The notes: generated from the letters alone by a model not told the origin. A stretch of 52,243 nt of DNA from Candidatus Sulfobium sp. (GCA_037380845.1 JARRRI010000004.1:1-52243); one strand, 5' to 3'; numbered from the stretch's first letter, positions 17,806 to 28,079 are shown. Numbers and translations are program-made.

Positions 17806-18177
17806 TTAAGGTCTATTGTCCAGCGCGGCGGCAACGGCGGAGGTCAGGGCGTCCGGAGTGAAGGGCTTTTCTATGTAATCGAAGGCCCCGAGTTTGATGG
17901 ACTTCACCGCCGTGTCGACCGTCTGGTAGCCGGTAATGACGATTACCTGCGTTTGAGGCCACCTTTCCTTGATTGTTCGGAGGACCGTTATGCCGTCCAT
18001 GTCGGGCATCTTGAGATCGGTGAGTACCAGGTCGAACGGTTCCTCTTCCAGCATCCTGATACCGTCGAAGGCGTTTGCCGCCAGTCTTACCTCGTACCCC
18101 TCCGGCGAGAGGACCCTCTTACAGCTGGTCCTTACGATACTTTCGTCATCGATTACCAGAAGTTTGCCCTTGTTCAT
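17806..18177 (-). CDS. Single-domain response regulator
   Basis: VIDDE, TDLKMP, EKPF. Confidence 0.93.
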   Translation of the reverse strand: MNKGKLLVIDDESIVRTSCKRVLSPEGYEVRLAANAFDGIRMLEEEPFDLVLTDLKMPDMDGITVLRTIKERWPQTQVIVITGYQTVDTAVKSIKLGAFDYIEKPFTPDALTSAVAAALDNRP

Positions 18178-19754
18178 ATCACATCCGCATAAGCCGGCAG
18201 CCTGACAAGAAAACTGGTCCCCTCACCTGGCCAGGTCTTTACGTCAATTTTACCACCATGCTCCCTGATTATGCCGTGGCTGACGGCGAGCCCCAGGCCG
18301 GTGCCCTTGCCGACCGGTTTTGTGGTGAAGAAAGGCTCGAATATCTTCGCCAAATTCTCATCGCTGATACCCGGACCGGTGTCGTGGAACTCGATTTCAA
18401 CATAGTCCATGTCGTCTTCGTTTACGTTCCTCGTTGAAACGGTGATAGTGCCCTTGCCTTCGATCGCATCCGCTGCGTTCATTATCATGTTAAGGAAGAC
18501 CTGCTGCAACTGGGACGCATCGGCCTTCACCCTTGAGAGGGCGGGGTCGAGGTCGGTGATAAGCTTAATGTCGAAGAAGTCGGCCTTGTTCCTGACGATG
18601 TTGAGGGAATGGGAAAGGACGTCGTTAATGTTCACCGGCGCCTTCTCGGCAGCCGAAGCCCTCGCGAAGCCCAGCAGTCCCTTTATGATATTCGAGCACC
18701 GGTTCGCCTGCTCGATGATCACTTCCACATCCTCCCTCTCTTCGGTGTCCTGAGGCAGGCGCTTCAGGAGGAGATGCCCGAAGGTGACGATCCCCGTCAG
18801 CGGACTGTTTATCTCATGTGCGACGCCGGCAGCCATCCTTCCGAGAGAGGCCAGCTTCTCCGAATGGATGAGCTGGGCCTGCGCCATCCTTATAGCCTCT
18901 GTCTTTTCCTGCACTTTCTTTTCGAGGGTGTTGCCCCATTCGACCAGCTCGTTCTTTGCGGCTTTAAGGTCTGATGTCATTTCATTGAACGCCGAGGCAA
19001 GTTCGCCCATCTCGTCTTTGGTGTTGATCTCGACATGGTAATCGAGGTCTCCGTCGGCCACCTTCTGCATGCCCTGCGCAAGCATGCTCACCGGGGTAGA
19101 GACAAAATTCCACAGGATCGTGCAAAGAACGATCGAGATGATAAAAAGGAATATGAGGATATAAACGGTAATGGCGATGCCCTGCTCCTTCATGCTCTTG
19201 TCCATAAAGGCGAGGGAAAGGTTTGCCTGTACGAGCCCCAGGATCTTCTGAGATTTCCTGTGCACGTGGCACGCCGAGGTGTAACAGGCCGGCTCGTTGA
19301 AGATCGGCTGCACGATGGTCAGGACCCTGGCATTACTGTCTGTCTTGTGTATGAACCAGGTGGGTGTTGACTGCGACTGGCCAGTGGCGGAATGACAGCT
19401 GAGACAGAGGGGGGACTTCATGTCTATAACGGTACCGATCTCCTTTTTCGAAGATGCATAGGCGATCTTGCCGCCGGTGTCGAACACCCGGACGTCCATC
19501 ACTCCTTCTGCGGAACCGATCGCCTCGATTGTCTGCTGCGTAAGGAGTTTCTGGAAGGTGAGCATTCCGTAACGGGTGCTCTTTTTTACGGAATCGACGA
19601 AAGAGGAGCCGTATTTAACCGAATACTCTACCAGTTCCTGCTCCTGGTGTCTGAAGAGGAAATACCAGAATATGGAGCTGCCGACTACCATCAGGGTGCC
19701 GATGGTAAGAATGAGCTTGCCGGTCAGCGAATGGAAGGATTTCTTAACAAGCAT
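18174..19754 (-). CDS. HAMP sensor histidine kinase with haem c-type motifs in the periplasmic domain
   Basis: TM-periplasmic-TM-HAMP layout; CLSCH and CYTSACH; VAHEINSPL, N box, DTGPG, GTGLGL. Confidence 0.92.
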   Translation of the reverse strand: MLVKKSFHSLTGKLILTIGTLMVVGSSIFWYFLFRHQEQELVEYSVKYGSSFVDSVKKSTRYGMLTFQKLLTQQTIEAIGSAEGVMDVRVFDTGGKIAYASSKKEIGTVIDMKSPLCLSCHSATGQSQSTPTWFIHKTDSNARVLTIVQPIFNEPACYTSACHVHRKSQKILGLVQANLSLAFMDKSMKEQGIAITVYILIFLFIISIVLCTILWNFVSTPVSMLAQGMQKVADGDLDYHVEINTKDEMGELASAFNEMTSDLKAAKNELVEWGNTLEKKVQEKTEAIRMAQAQLIHSEKLASLGRMAAGVAHEINSPLTGIVTFGHLLLKRLPQDTEEREDVEVIIEQANRCSNIIKGLLGFARASAAEKAPVNINDVLSHSLNIVRNKADFFDIKLITDLDPALSRVKADASQLQQVFLNMIMNAADAIEGKGTITVSTRNVNEDDMDYVEIEFHDTGPGISDENLAKIFEPFFTTKPVGKGTGLGLAVSHGIIREHGGKIDVKTWPGEGTSFLVRLPAYADVI

Positions 19755-19878
19755 TGGCCCACAATGAAGTCATTTGCATCTATTATGCATAAGGTCGGTA
19801 CAAACCTACAAGCCTAAACTTACAAGTTTAATTTTTTCCTTGACAATTTAAGCCAATTGCATCAAATTATATATCGTC

Positions 19879-20250
19879 ATGCCCGGAGCCTTTATGCCGT
19901 CAGCATATTTGCCGATACTGATCTTCCTGATGGTCGCAACGGCCTTTGGAATCGGCGCACTCTTAATCGGCGAGCTATTCAGAATAAAAAGACCCTATTC
20001 CGAGAAATTGATGCCGTATGAGTCGGGCAATCCCCCGGTGGGAGAGCCGCGGCAGAGATTTTCCGTAAAGTTCTATATCATAGCCATGCTCTTTGTGGTG
20101 TTCGATGTGGAAGCGATTTTCCTCTATCCGTGGGCGGTGACGTTTGACAGGATAGGGCTGTTCGCTTTTGTCGAAATGATAATCTTTATAGTGATACTCC
20201 TCGTAGGATATATTTATGCGTGGAAAAAGGAGGCTTTCGTATGGGATTGA
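19879..20250 (+). CDS. nuoA: NADH-quinone oxidoreductase subunit A
   Basis: [19 protein letters not shown]. Confidence 0.96.
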   Translation: MPGAFMPSAYLPILIFLMVATAFGIGALLIGELFRIKRPYSEKLMPYESGNPPVGEPRQRFSVKFYIIAMLFVVFDVEAIFLYPWAVTFDRIGLFAFVEMIIFIVILLVGYIYAWKKEAFVWD

Positions 20251-20768
20251 CAGTCGGCACTTCTTCACCTGCTCTTGTCGAAGTGGACGAAAGGACAAAG
20301 GTCCTTGCGCCCAACGTCATCATCACTACCATCGACAAGATCATCAACTGGGGAAGAAGTTCGTCGTTATGGCCTATGACCTTCGGCCTTGCCTGATGCG
20401 CCATTGAAATGATGACGACGGGATCGTCACACTATGATCTGGACAGGATGGGCATCATCTTCAGGGGCTCACCGAGGCAGGCGGACTTCATGATAGTTGC
20501 AGGCACTGTGACCAAGAAGATGTCTGAGATCGTCCGGAGGGTCTACGACCAGATGCCGGAGCCGAGGTATGTAGTATCCATGGGCAGTTGCGCATGCAGC
20601 GGAGGGATATTCAATACTTACAGCACGGTACAGGGATGCGACACCTTTGTGCCTGTGGATATTTACGTGCCGGGATGCCCCCCCAGGCCGGAGGCCCTTA
20701 TGGAAGGCATCATCAAGCTCCAGGAAAAAATAAGGGCGGAGCACTTCAGATGGAGCCGGTGGAGATGA
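20241..20768 (+). CDS. nuoB: NADH-quinone oxidoreductase subunit B with an in-frame TGA (candidate selenocysteine) at codon 52
   Basis: ATG at 20241 after AAGGAGG; reads ...[22 protein letters not shown]...SPRQAD...SMGSCA...PGCPP. TGA at 20394-20396 replaces the first Cys of FGLACCAIEM. Confidence 0.92.
20413..20429 (+). promoter_or_regulatory. Candidate bacterial SECIS hairpin
   Basis: TGACGA-CGGGA-TCGTCA: 6-bp stem with a G-containing loop starting 23 nt after the UGA. Confidence 0.6.
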
Positions 20769-20780
20769 TTCTGAAAGAAC

Positions 20781-20812
20781 GGATCCCCGGTTGAAACCTC
20801 GGGAATGACGGC
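20781..20812. repeat. REP-like palindrome between nuoB and nuoC
   Basis: GGATCCCCGGTTGAAACCTCGGGAATGACGGC. Confidence 0.7.
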
Positions 20813-20862
20813 TACTGGAAGGACTTTCCGCGAAGCAGGCGATTTGAAATCGTAACAGGGAT

Positions 20863-21405
20863 ATGGAACCTTTAGAGATTGCAGAAAATATAAGAGAAAA
20901 ATTCCCGGAGGAAGTCCTGGATGTCAGGGAGTTCAGGGGACAGGTTTCGGTCACCCTCAGGAAAGACAGGATTCTGGACGTCTGCCGGCACCTTCACGAT
21001 TCCCCGGACCTTTTCTGCGATTATCTGGTAGACGTGTGTGGTGTCGATTATCTCGGCAGGAAGGAAAAGAGGTTTGAGGTCGTTTACCATCTCTATTCCA
21101 TCAGGCACAGGCATTCGGTAAGACTCAAGGCGGAGGTGCCTGAACAGGACGCCGAGATAGATTCCGTCACCTCCATATGGGCCGGCGCAAACTGGCATGA
21201 GAGGGAGGCCTTCGATCTCTACGGCATAACTTTCAAAGGTCATCCCGACCACAGAAGAATACTCCTGCCTGAGGACTGGGAAGGTCATCCCCTGAGAAAG
21301 GATTATCCGGTAAAAGGGCCCGAGAAGGAATGGTCCGGCTTCCAGGACGTGCTTGACAGGGCGAAGAGATTTCACGAATTTGAATGGCACGAGCCGGGTG
21401 AGTAA
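20863..21405 (+). CDS. nuoC: NADH-quinone oxidoreductase subunit C
   Basis: [23 protein letters not shown]. Confidence 0.96.
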   Translation: MEPLEIAENIREKFPEEVLDVREFRGQVSVTLRKDRILDVCRHLHDSPDLFCDYLVDVCGVDYLGRKEKRFEVVYHLYSIRHRHSVRLKAEVPEQDAEIDSVTSIWAGANWHEREAFDLYGITFKGHPDHRRILLPEDWEGHPLRKDYPVKGPEKEWSGFQDVLDRAKRFHEFEWHEPGE

Positions 21406-21409
21406 GGAT

Positions 21410-22609
21410 ATGGAAAACACGGAAACCGGTGAAAGGACGGTAGAGACAAAAGACCTGCAGATCAGCATGGGTCCCCAGCACCCTGCGACCCACGGTGTTC
21501 TGAGACTGGTCCTTGACCTGGACGGCGAGACCGTGAAGAAATGCACGCCCTACGTGGGGTATCTCCACAGGGGGGTGGAAAAACTTGGCGAAAACAGGAC
21601 ATACCTGGCCGCCCTGCCACTGACCGACCGTCTGGATTACATATCGTCGATGAACAACAACGTCGGATATGTTAACGCCGTCGAAAAACTCTTCGGTATC
21701 GAAGCCCCTGAGCGGGCCAAATTCATCAGGACCATAGTCGCCGAGATGGGCAGGATATCGAGTCACATCATCTGGCTCGGCACCCATGTCCTAGATATCG
21801 GCGCCACCACGCCCTTTCTCTACGCCTTCCGCGAAAGGGAACGCATACTGGACCTTTTCGAGATGCTATGCGGCGCCCGTCTCACCGTCAGTTATCCGAG
21901 AATAGGCGGGGTCAAGAACGACATTTCACAGGAATTCATGGACGAGCTTTACGATTTCGTTCTCGATTTCCCTTCCAGGATTGATGACTATGAGACGCTC
22001 GTTACCGAAAACAGGATCTGGAAGGAGCGGACAGTGGGAATCGGCGTGATTTCCGCGGAAGAGGCTGTAAACTGGGGCCTCACCGGAGGCACACTGAGGG
22101 GCTCGGGCGTCGACTACGATGTCCGGAAATATGCACCGTATGATGCTTACGGCCAGGTTGACTTCGATGTGCCGGTCGGCAGGAACGGTGACTGCTACGA
22201 CCGCTACATCGTCAGGATGCAGGAGATGAGGCAGGCCAACAGGATCATCCAGCAGTGCATAGAAAAGCTGCCGACGGGACCCGTAATGGCTGATGCCCCG
22301 AAATTTACCCTCCCTTCCAAGGAGATGATCCTGAAGGATATGGAGCATCTGATACACCAGTTCGTGCTTATCAGCAAAGGGCCGGCGGCTCCTGAAGGAG
22401 AGGTCTATATGGGCTCCGAAGTGCCCAAGGGGGAGCTGGGTTTCTATTTTATCAGCGACGGAACCGGCAAGCCTTACAGGATGAGGGTAAGGGCCCCGTC
22501 TTTCGTCCACGCCTCGGTGCTTCCCAGGCTGTGCGAAGGAGGGCTGGTGGCGGACGTTATCGCAAACATAGGCACCATCGACATCGTTCTCGGTGAGTGC
22601 GACCGCTAG
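21410..22609 (+). CDS. nuoD: NADH-quinone oxidoreductase subunit D
   Basis: [37 protein letters not shown]. Confidence 0.97.
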   Translation: MENTETGERTVETKDLQISMGPQHPATHGVLRLVLDLDGETVKKCTPYVGYLHRGVEKLGENRTYLAALPLTDRLDYISSMNNNVGYVNAVEKLFGIEAPERAKFIRTIVAEMGRISSHIIWLGTHVLDIGATTPFLYAFRERERILDLFEMLCGARLTVSYPRIGGVKNDISQEFMDELYDFVLDFPSRIDDYETLVTENRIWKERTVGIGVISAEEAVNWGLTGGTLRGSGVDYDVRKYAPYDAYGQVDFDVPVGRNGDCYDRYIVRMQEMRQANRIIQQCIEKLPTGPVMADAPKFTLPSKEMILKDMEHLIHQFVLISKGPAAPEGEVYMGSEVPKGELGFYFISDGTGKPYRMRVRAPSFVHASVLPRLCEGGLVADVIANIGTIDIVLGECDR

Positions 22610-22625
22610 GAGTACCGGGAGTATA

Positions 22626-23090
22626 ATGTTCAGCGAAGAGGCGATAAAGGAACTTGACGGCATAAAGGCGAAATATCCGACGGCGCGGGCGGCGCTTCTT
22701 CCGGCTATATACGTCGCCCAGCGGGAGTTCGGGTGGCTCTCGGCCGACGCTTACGAGGCCGTGGCGGATATACTGGGGGTGCCCAGGGCGATCGCACGGG
22801 GAGTCGGTACGTTCTATGCCATGTACAAGAACATGCCGGCGGGAAGGAATGTCGTTCAGCTTTGCACAAACGTCTCCTGCATGATATTGGGAGCGGAGAA
22901 GCTGGTCGACTTTCTGAAGAACAAATACGGCCTCGAACCCGGCGGAACTACTCCGGATAAGAGATTTTCCCTGGTAATAATGGAATGCATAGGAGCCTGC
23001 GGAACTGCGCCTGCGATGCTTGTGAACGACGATTTTTACGAAAATCTGACCGAAAATTCTATAGAAGGGATTTTGGGGAAATATAAATAG
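22626..23090 (+). CDS. nuoE: NADH-quinone oxidoreductase subunit E
   Basis: LCTNVSC, ECIGACGTAP. Confidence 0.95.
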   Translation: MFSEEAIKELDGIKAKYPTARAALLPAIYVAQREFGWLSADAYEAVADILGVPRAIARGVGTFYAMYKNMPAGRNVVQLCTNVSCMILGAEKLVDFLKNKYGLEPGGTTPDKRFSLVIMECIGACGTAPAMLVNDDFYENLTENSIEGILGKYK

Positions 23091-23094
23091 CATC

Positions 23095-24357
23095 ATGGAA
23101 AAAGTCCTCTTAAAAAACATAGACAATCCTGATTCGGCAGACATCGGCCAGTATCTGAAAAGCGGCGGCTATCAGAGCCTTCCGAAGGCCCTCACCATGG
23201 AACCGAAAGACATTATAGAGGAAGTAAAGAAATCCGGTCTTCGGGGGAGGGGAGGAGCCGGTTTCCCGGTCGCCATGAAATGGACGTTCGCGTCCGCCGA
23301 CCCCAAGTTTCCGAAATACCTTCTCTGCAATGCAGACGAGGGGGAGCCCGGAACGTTCAAGGACAGGCCGATTCTCGAAAAGAATCCTCACCTGCTCATC
23401 GAAGGAATGGCCATATCAGGGCACGCGCTGAAGGCGGAATACGGTTACATCTACCTGAGGGGAGAGTACCCGGCCGCAAAGCATATACTGGAGGCGGCAA
23501 TCGGACAGGCCTACGATAAAGGCTTTCTCGGAGACGATATCCTTGGGAAAGGAATAAGGTTCCACCTTGCCGTCCACCAGGGCGCGGGCGCCTACATATG
23601 CGGGGAGGAGACCGCCCTCATCGAGTCTCTCGAAGGCGACAAGGGACAGCCCAGGATCAAGCCCCCCTTCCCAGTCAATGTAGGCGTGTTTTCAAAGCCT
23701 ACGGTAGTAAACAACGTAGAGACGCTTTCCAACCTGCCGTACGTCCTGGAAATAGGCGGGGAGGCATATTCGAAGATAGGCAGTCCCGACTGCCCGGGTC
23801 CGAAGATCTACTGCGTGAGCGGACACGTGGAAAGACCCGGTGTGTATGAACTGCCCATGGGGACGAACCTGCGGGACATCATTTATACCCACTGCGGGGG
23901 CATAAGGGGCGGCAGACAGCTCAAGGCTGTCATCCCCGGCGGGATTTCGACACCCGTTCTACCTCCCGACAAGATAGACTGCCCGATGGATTTTGTGAAT
24001 ATGCCCAAACACGGCAGTATGCTCGGTTCGGGTGCGGTGATCGTCATGGACGAGAGTGTCTGCCTGGTAAAGGTCTGCTACAGGGCGCTCAGGTTTTTCG
24101 AGCACGAGTCGTGCGGCAAGTGCACGCCGTGCCGCGAGGGCACCGGATGGTTGAGAAAGATCCTCGGCAGGATCGAAAACGGTGAAGGGATGGACGGAGA
24201 CATGGATCTCCTGCTGTCCGTTTCGGGAAACATGCTGGGCAAGACGTTCTGTCCCCTCGGGGACGGCGCCGCTTCAGTGGTGCAGAACTTCATAAAACAT
24301 TTCAGGCCGGAATTCGAGGAGCACCTCAGAACCGGTGCCTGCACGGTCAAGGGCTGA
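23095..24357 (+). CDS. nuoF: NADH-quinone oxidoreductase subunit F
   Basis: GRGGAGF, ADEGEPGTFKDR, CGEETAL, ESCGKCTPCREG; 420 aa with no extra ferredoxin domains. Confidence 0.96.
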   Translation: MEKVLLKNIDNPDSADIGQYLKSGGYQSLPKALTMEPKDIIEEVKKSGLRGRGGAGFPVAMKWTFASADPKFPKYLLCNADEGEPGTFKDRPILEKNPHLLIEGMAISGHALKAEYGYIYLRGEYPAAKHILEAAIGQAYDKGFLGDDILGKGIRFHLAVHQGAGAYICGEETALIESLEGDKGQPRIKPPFPVNVGVFSKPTVVNNVETLSNLPYVLEIGGEAYSKIGSPDCPGPKIYCVSGHVERPGVYELPMGTNLRDIIYTHCGGIRGGRQLKAVIPGGISTPVLPPDKIDCPMDFVNMPKHGSMLGSGAVIVMDESVCLVKVCYRALRFFEHESCGKCTPCREGTGWLRKILGRIENGEGMDGDMDLLLSVSGNMLGKTFCPLGDGAASVVQNFIKHFRPEFEEHLRTGACTVKG

Positions 24358-24358
24358 T

Positions 24359-26935
24359 ATGATTACGGTCACCATAAACGGCAGAGAGATTAAACTGGAG
24401 AAACCCGTGACGGTGCTCCAGGCCGCAAGGTCCGCGGGTATAAAGATACCCACCCTCTGCTACCATGAGCAACTCGAGAAATACGGGGGATGCAGGCTCT
24501 GTCTGGTCGAGGTCGAGAAGATGCCCAGGCTCCAGACTGCCTGCACACTCATGACGACCGACGGCATGGCGGTGCGGACGGAGACCGAGGCCATAGCCGG
24601 CGTGAGGAGAGGGATACTCGAATTCCTGCTGATAAACCATCCCCTCGATTGTCCATACTGCGACAAGGCTGGCGAGTGCGAACTCCAGGACCTGGTGGAA
24701 AAATACGGTCCCACCGCAAGTAGGTTCAGGGAGATGAAGAGGAAGGTCCCGGAGAGCCTGGAAGACCCCGTCCTGGTGAGGAACATGGAAAGATGCATCG
24801 TCTGTACGAGGTGCGTGAGGATGTGCGAAGGGGTTCAGGGCGCATCGGCCATCTCGGTTATCAGCAGGGGCGGACACTCACACATAGAGCCTTTCTCGGG
24901 CGGGAAGTTCGAATGCGAATACTGCGGAAACTGCGTCTCGGTTTGTCCGGTGGGGGCCATCATGTCGCGACTTCACAGGCACAGCTACAGGCCCTGGCAG
25001 GTGGTGAGCGAGACGGAGACCATCTGCCCCTATTGCGGCGTTGGATGCACAATGGTCGTCCAGGTGAGGGACGACGTCATCAAGAGAGTGGTGCCCAGAA
25101 TCGGAACGCCGGTGAACAACGGTCTCCTGTGTTCGCGCGGCAGGTTCGGATATGAGTTTGTCGGGAGCGGCGAAAGACTGACCGGTCCCCTTATAAGGAA
25201 GAACGGTGTGCTCGAAGAGTCTACCTGGGAGGAGGCGATCGGCCTGGTCGCCAACAAGCTTTCGGAGATACGGGACAAATTCGGCGGAGGAGCTGTGGCC
25301 GGGATTGCGTCCCCGAGGTGCACCAACGAGGACAACTATGTTTTCCAGAAGTTCATGAGGGTGACACTCGGCACAAACAACATCGACAGCACGGCCAGAC
25401 TGGGTTTCGCGGGCGCCCAGAGTTTCATCGAAAACATATTCGGTCAAGGGGCTACGGCCAACCTGATCCCGGGTCTTTCGAACTCCGATGCGGTCTTGGT
25501 GATCGGAGGCGACCCTACCGCGGTGAATCCCATACTGGGCCTCCAGGTGAGGTCCTGTGCGCGCAAGGGAGGAACAATACTCACCGTGGGGCATGTGAAG
25601 GGGCTCAGGCATTACAGCCCTGTGGAAGTCAAACCATCAGTGAACACCGAGGATGTTCTGCTTGAAGGTATTGTGTCTGCCCTGAAGGACAAGAAGGGGC
25701 TTCCGGGTTCACATGCCGCCCTGGAAGAAAAAATAAAAATCATCGCCACTTCTCCGCAGGATGTCACAAAAGCCTGCGGCATTCGGGAAGAACACCTCCT
25801 CCGGTTTGTGGAAGTCCTTGCGTCTTCCGCCACGCCTTCGGTGCTGATCGGCAAGGAACTCTTGCAGAGCGCAGGCGCAAGCTACAGGCTTCTTCTCATA
25901 TGCGCCCTGAATTATCTCGTAAACGGAAGGATTTACCTTCTTTCGGAGCGTGCCAACGAACAGGGTCTTTTGGATGTCGGCTGTGTTCCCGATCTCCTGC
26001 CGGGATGCAGGCCGGTGGGCTATGAGGAGTTCAGGAAGAGATACGAATCTCTCTGGAAGAAGGCGCTGCCTGAGAAGCCGGGGCTTTCACTCTTCGGCAT
26101 GATCGATGCCGCCAGGGCAGGAGATCTGAAGTCCATATACATAATGGGAGAGAACCTGGTATATAACGTGCCGGATTCTTCGGCTGTGGAGGCTGCGCTG
26201 AAGAAAGTGGATTTTGTTGTCGTCCAGGACATCTTTCTCACCGAGACCGCGAAACTGGCTGACGTTGTCCTTCCGGCTTTGAGTTGGGGAGAGAAAGAAG
26301 GGACATTCACGAACATGGAAAGAAGGATACAGCGGCTGAGGAAGTCGGTCCACAGACAGGGGCTGGAGGACTGGCGGATTATCTCCGAGATCTCACAGAA
26401 TATGGCGGTGAAGATGAACTATGCGGACGCCGAAGGAGTGTTCGCCGAGATGTCCAGGGTTTCACCCCTTCACCGTGATCTTGCATATGAAGATCTTGAG
26501 GGTGGTAAGGCTATTTATCCTTATAAAGGTGAACCTCTCCGCGGGGTTGCGGCAGAGATCAGGACGGACCGGGGAACAGGCATGGAGGCCGCCGGGAAAT
26601 TCTTTCTCAGGATCGAGAGGCCTCTGTTTCATTCGGGTACGCTGAGCAGGAGGGCGAAGGCCCTGGTGAACATATATGCCGGCGCGGTGGCCAGGATCAG
26701 TCCGGAAGCGGCTGGTTCCCTCTCTGTCAAGGACGGCGACGTCTTGAGGATATCCACGGAAGCGGGATCTCTGGAACTGCCTGTTTCTGTCGACCAGTCC
26801 GTTGACGGCCGGTGTATAATGCTTACGAACAATTTCGAGGGAAAGGGCGCCTTCGGCCTGATCAGGTATGCTCTGGACCCTGTTATTGAGGCTCCCGCGC
26901 TTGACGGTGTTGAAGTCCGCGTTGAGAAAGGGTGA
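24359..26935 (+). CDS. nuoG: NADH-quinone oxidoreductase subunit G (long molybdopterin-fold type)
   Basis: GGCRLCLVE, HPLDCPYCDKAGEC, CIVCTRC, CEYCGNC, CPYCGVGC; lies between nuoF and nuoH. Confidence 0.92.
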   Translation: MITVTINGREIKLEKPVTVLQAARSAGIKIPTLCYHEQLEKYGGCRLCLVEVEKMPRLQTACTLMTTDGMAVRTETEAIAGVRRGILEFLLINHPLDCPYCDKAGECELQDLVEKYGPTASRFREMKRKVPESLEDPVLVRNMERCIVCTRCVRMCEGVQGASAISVISRGGHSHIEPFSGGKFECEYCGNCVSVCPVGAIMSRLHRHSYRPWQVVSETETICPYCGVGCTMVVQVRDDVIKRVVPRIGTPVNNGLLCSRGRFGYEFVGSGERLTGPLIRKNGVLEESTWEEAIGLVANKLSEIRDKFGGGAVAGIASPRCTNEDNYVFQKFMRVTLGTNNIDSTARLGFAGAQSFIENIFGQGATANLIPGLSNSDAVLVIGGDPTAVNPILGLQVRSCARKGGTILTVGHVKGLRHYSPVEVKPSVNTEDVLLEGIVSALKDKKGLPGSHAALEEKIKIIATSPQDVTKACGIREEHLLRFVEVLASSATPSVLIGKELLQSAGASYRLLLICALNYLVNGRIYLLSERANEQGLLDVGCVPDLLPGCRPVGYEEFRKRYESLWKKALPEKPGLSLFGMIDAARAGDLKSIYIMGENLVYNVPDSSAVEAALKKVDFVVVQDIFLTETAKLADVVLPALSWGEKEGTFTNMERRIQRLRKSVHRQGLEDWRIISEISQNMAVKMNYADAEGVFAEMSRVSPLHRDLAYEDLEGGKAIYPYKGEPLRGVAAEIRTDRGTGMEAAGKFFLRIERPLFHSGTLSRRAKALVNIYAGAVARISPEAAGSLSVKDGDVLRISTEAGSLELPVSVDQSVDGRCIMLTNNFEGKGAFGLIRYALDPVIEAPALDGVEVRVEKG

Positions 26936-27020
26936 AGATCAGACATATGGTCAAGGTGCAGGATAAAAATGATGTCAGAAGAAGGTATGAACGGATGGTG
27001 CTCAGCCGGCTGGTGAAATT

Positions 27021-28079
27021 ATGAACCTGATGGGCGCTTTTGAGACGATAGTGACACCCGGCTCCATCGATATCGCGGTGAGGATATTGATCATACTGAT
27101 AGAAATCGCCATTGTGGTTGGGATAGCCCTTCTCCACGTGGCTTACGCAACATACTGGGAGCGCAAGGTCATCGGACATATGCAGGTGAGGCTCGGGCCG
27201 ATAGAAGTAGGCTGGCACGGCCTTCTTCAGCCCTTTGCAGACGGGATCAAGCTTTTCTTCAAGGAAGACATCATCCCGGCGAACTCCGACAAGCCGCTCT
27301 TTTATCTGGCACCGGTAATATTCTTTGTCTCGGCGCTGTCTTCACTTTCGGTGATCCCCTTCTTTAACGGGTTTGTCATCGCCAATATCAATATAGGACT
27401 TCTCTTTCTGTTTGCGATGTCCTCCCTCGGTGCTTACGGCATAGTCCTTTCCGGCTGGGCGTCGAATTCAAAATATGCCTTTCTGGGGGGGCTTCGTTCG
27501 GCTTCCCAGGTGATCAGCTACGAAATCGCGATGGGACTGAGCCTTGTCGGCGTAATGATGATGGCAGGCTCCCTCAACCTTTCCGACATAGTCAAGGCCC
27601 AGCACAATTATCCGACCGGCATGTATGCCGTTCCCCAGATCCTGGGTTTCTTTGTGTTCATCGCCGCGGCCTTTGCAGAGACGAACAGGCTGCCCTTCGA
27701 CCTCCCGGAGGCAGAGAGCGAGCTGGTGGCAGGCTACTTCACCGAATACAGCGGGTTCAGGTTCGCCCTTTTCTTTTTGGGCGAATACACGGGAATGATC
27801 GTGATGTCTTCAATAGCGGCCGTCTGCTTCCTGGGGGGGTGGACGATTCCGCGCTTTGTAACTGACGTGCTGCCTTTCCTGTCCGTGGTGCCGGGGATTG
27901 TGTGGTTCCTGCTGAAGGTATATGCCTTCATGTTCCTTTATTACTGGGTCAGGGCGACCCTGCCCAGGTACCGTTATGATCAGCTCATGTCGATCGGCTG
28001 GAAGATACTTATACCTCTTGCCCTGCTGAACATAGCGATCACGGGGTTTATAAAAGTCATGGTGGAAGGGTTGCTATGA
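27021..28079 (+). CDS. nuoH: NADH-quinone oxidoreductase subunit H
   Basis: ERKVIGHMQVRLGP, ETNRLPFDLPEAESELVAG. Confidence 0.97.
   Translation: MNLMGAFETIVTPGSIDIAVRILIILIEIAIVVGIALLHVAYATYWERKVIGHMQVRLGPIEVGWHGLLQPFADGIKLFFKEDIIPANSDKPLFYLAPVIFFVSALSSLSVIPFFNGFVIANINIGLLFLFAMSSLGAYGIVLSGWASNSKYAFLGGLRSASQVISYEIAMGLSLVGVMMMAGSLNLSDIVKAQHNYPTGMYAVPQILGFFVFIAAAFAETNRLPFDLPEAESELVAGYFTEYSGFRFALFFLGEYTGMIVMSSIAAVCFLGGWTIPRFVTDVLPFLSVVPGIVWFLLKVYAFMFLYYWVRATLPRYRYDQLMSIGWKILIPLALLNIAITGFIKVMVEGLL

Noticed and set aside
20409..20768. 119-aa truncated NuoB or nuoB pseudogene, as the ORF track implies
   Set aside because: The upstream frame encodes the conserved N-terminal half with a good RBS, and the only interruption is a TGA at a Cys codon. 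Read-through or a single-base error fits better.
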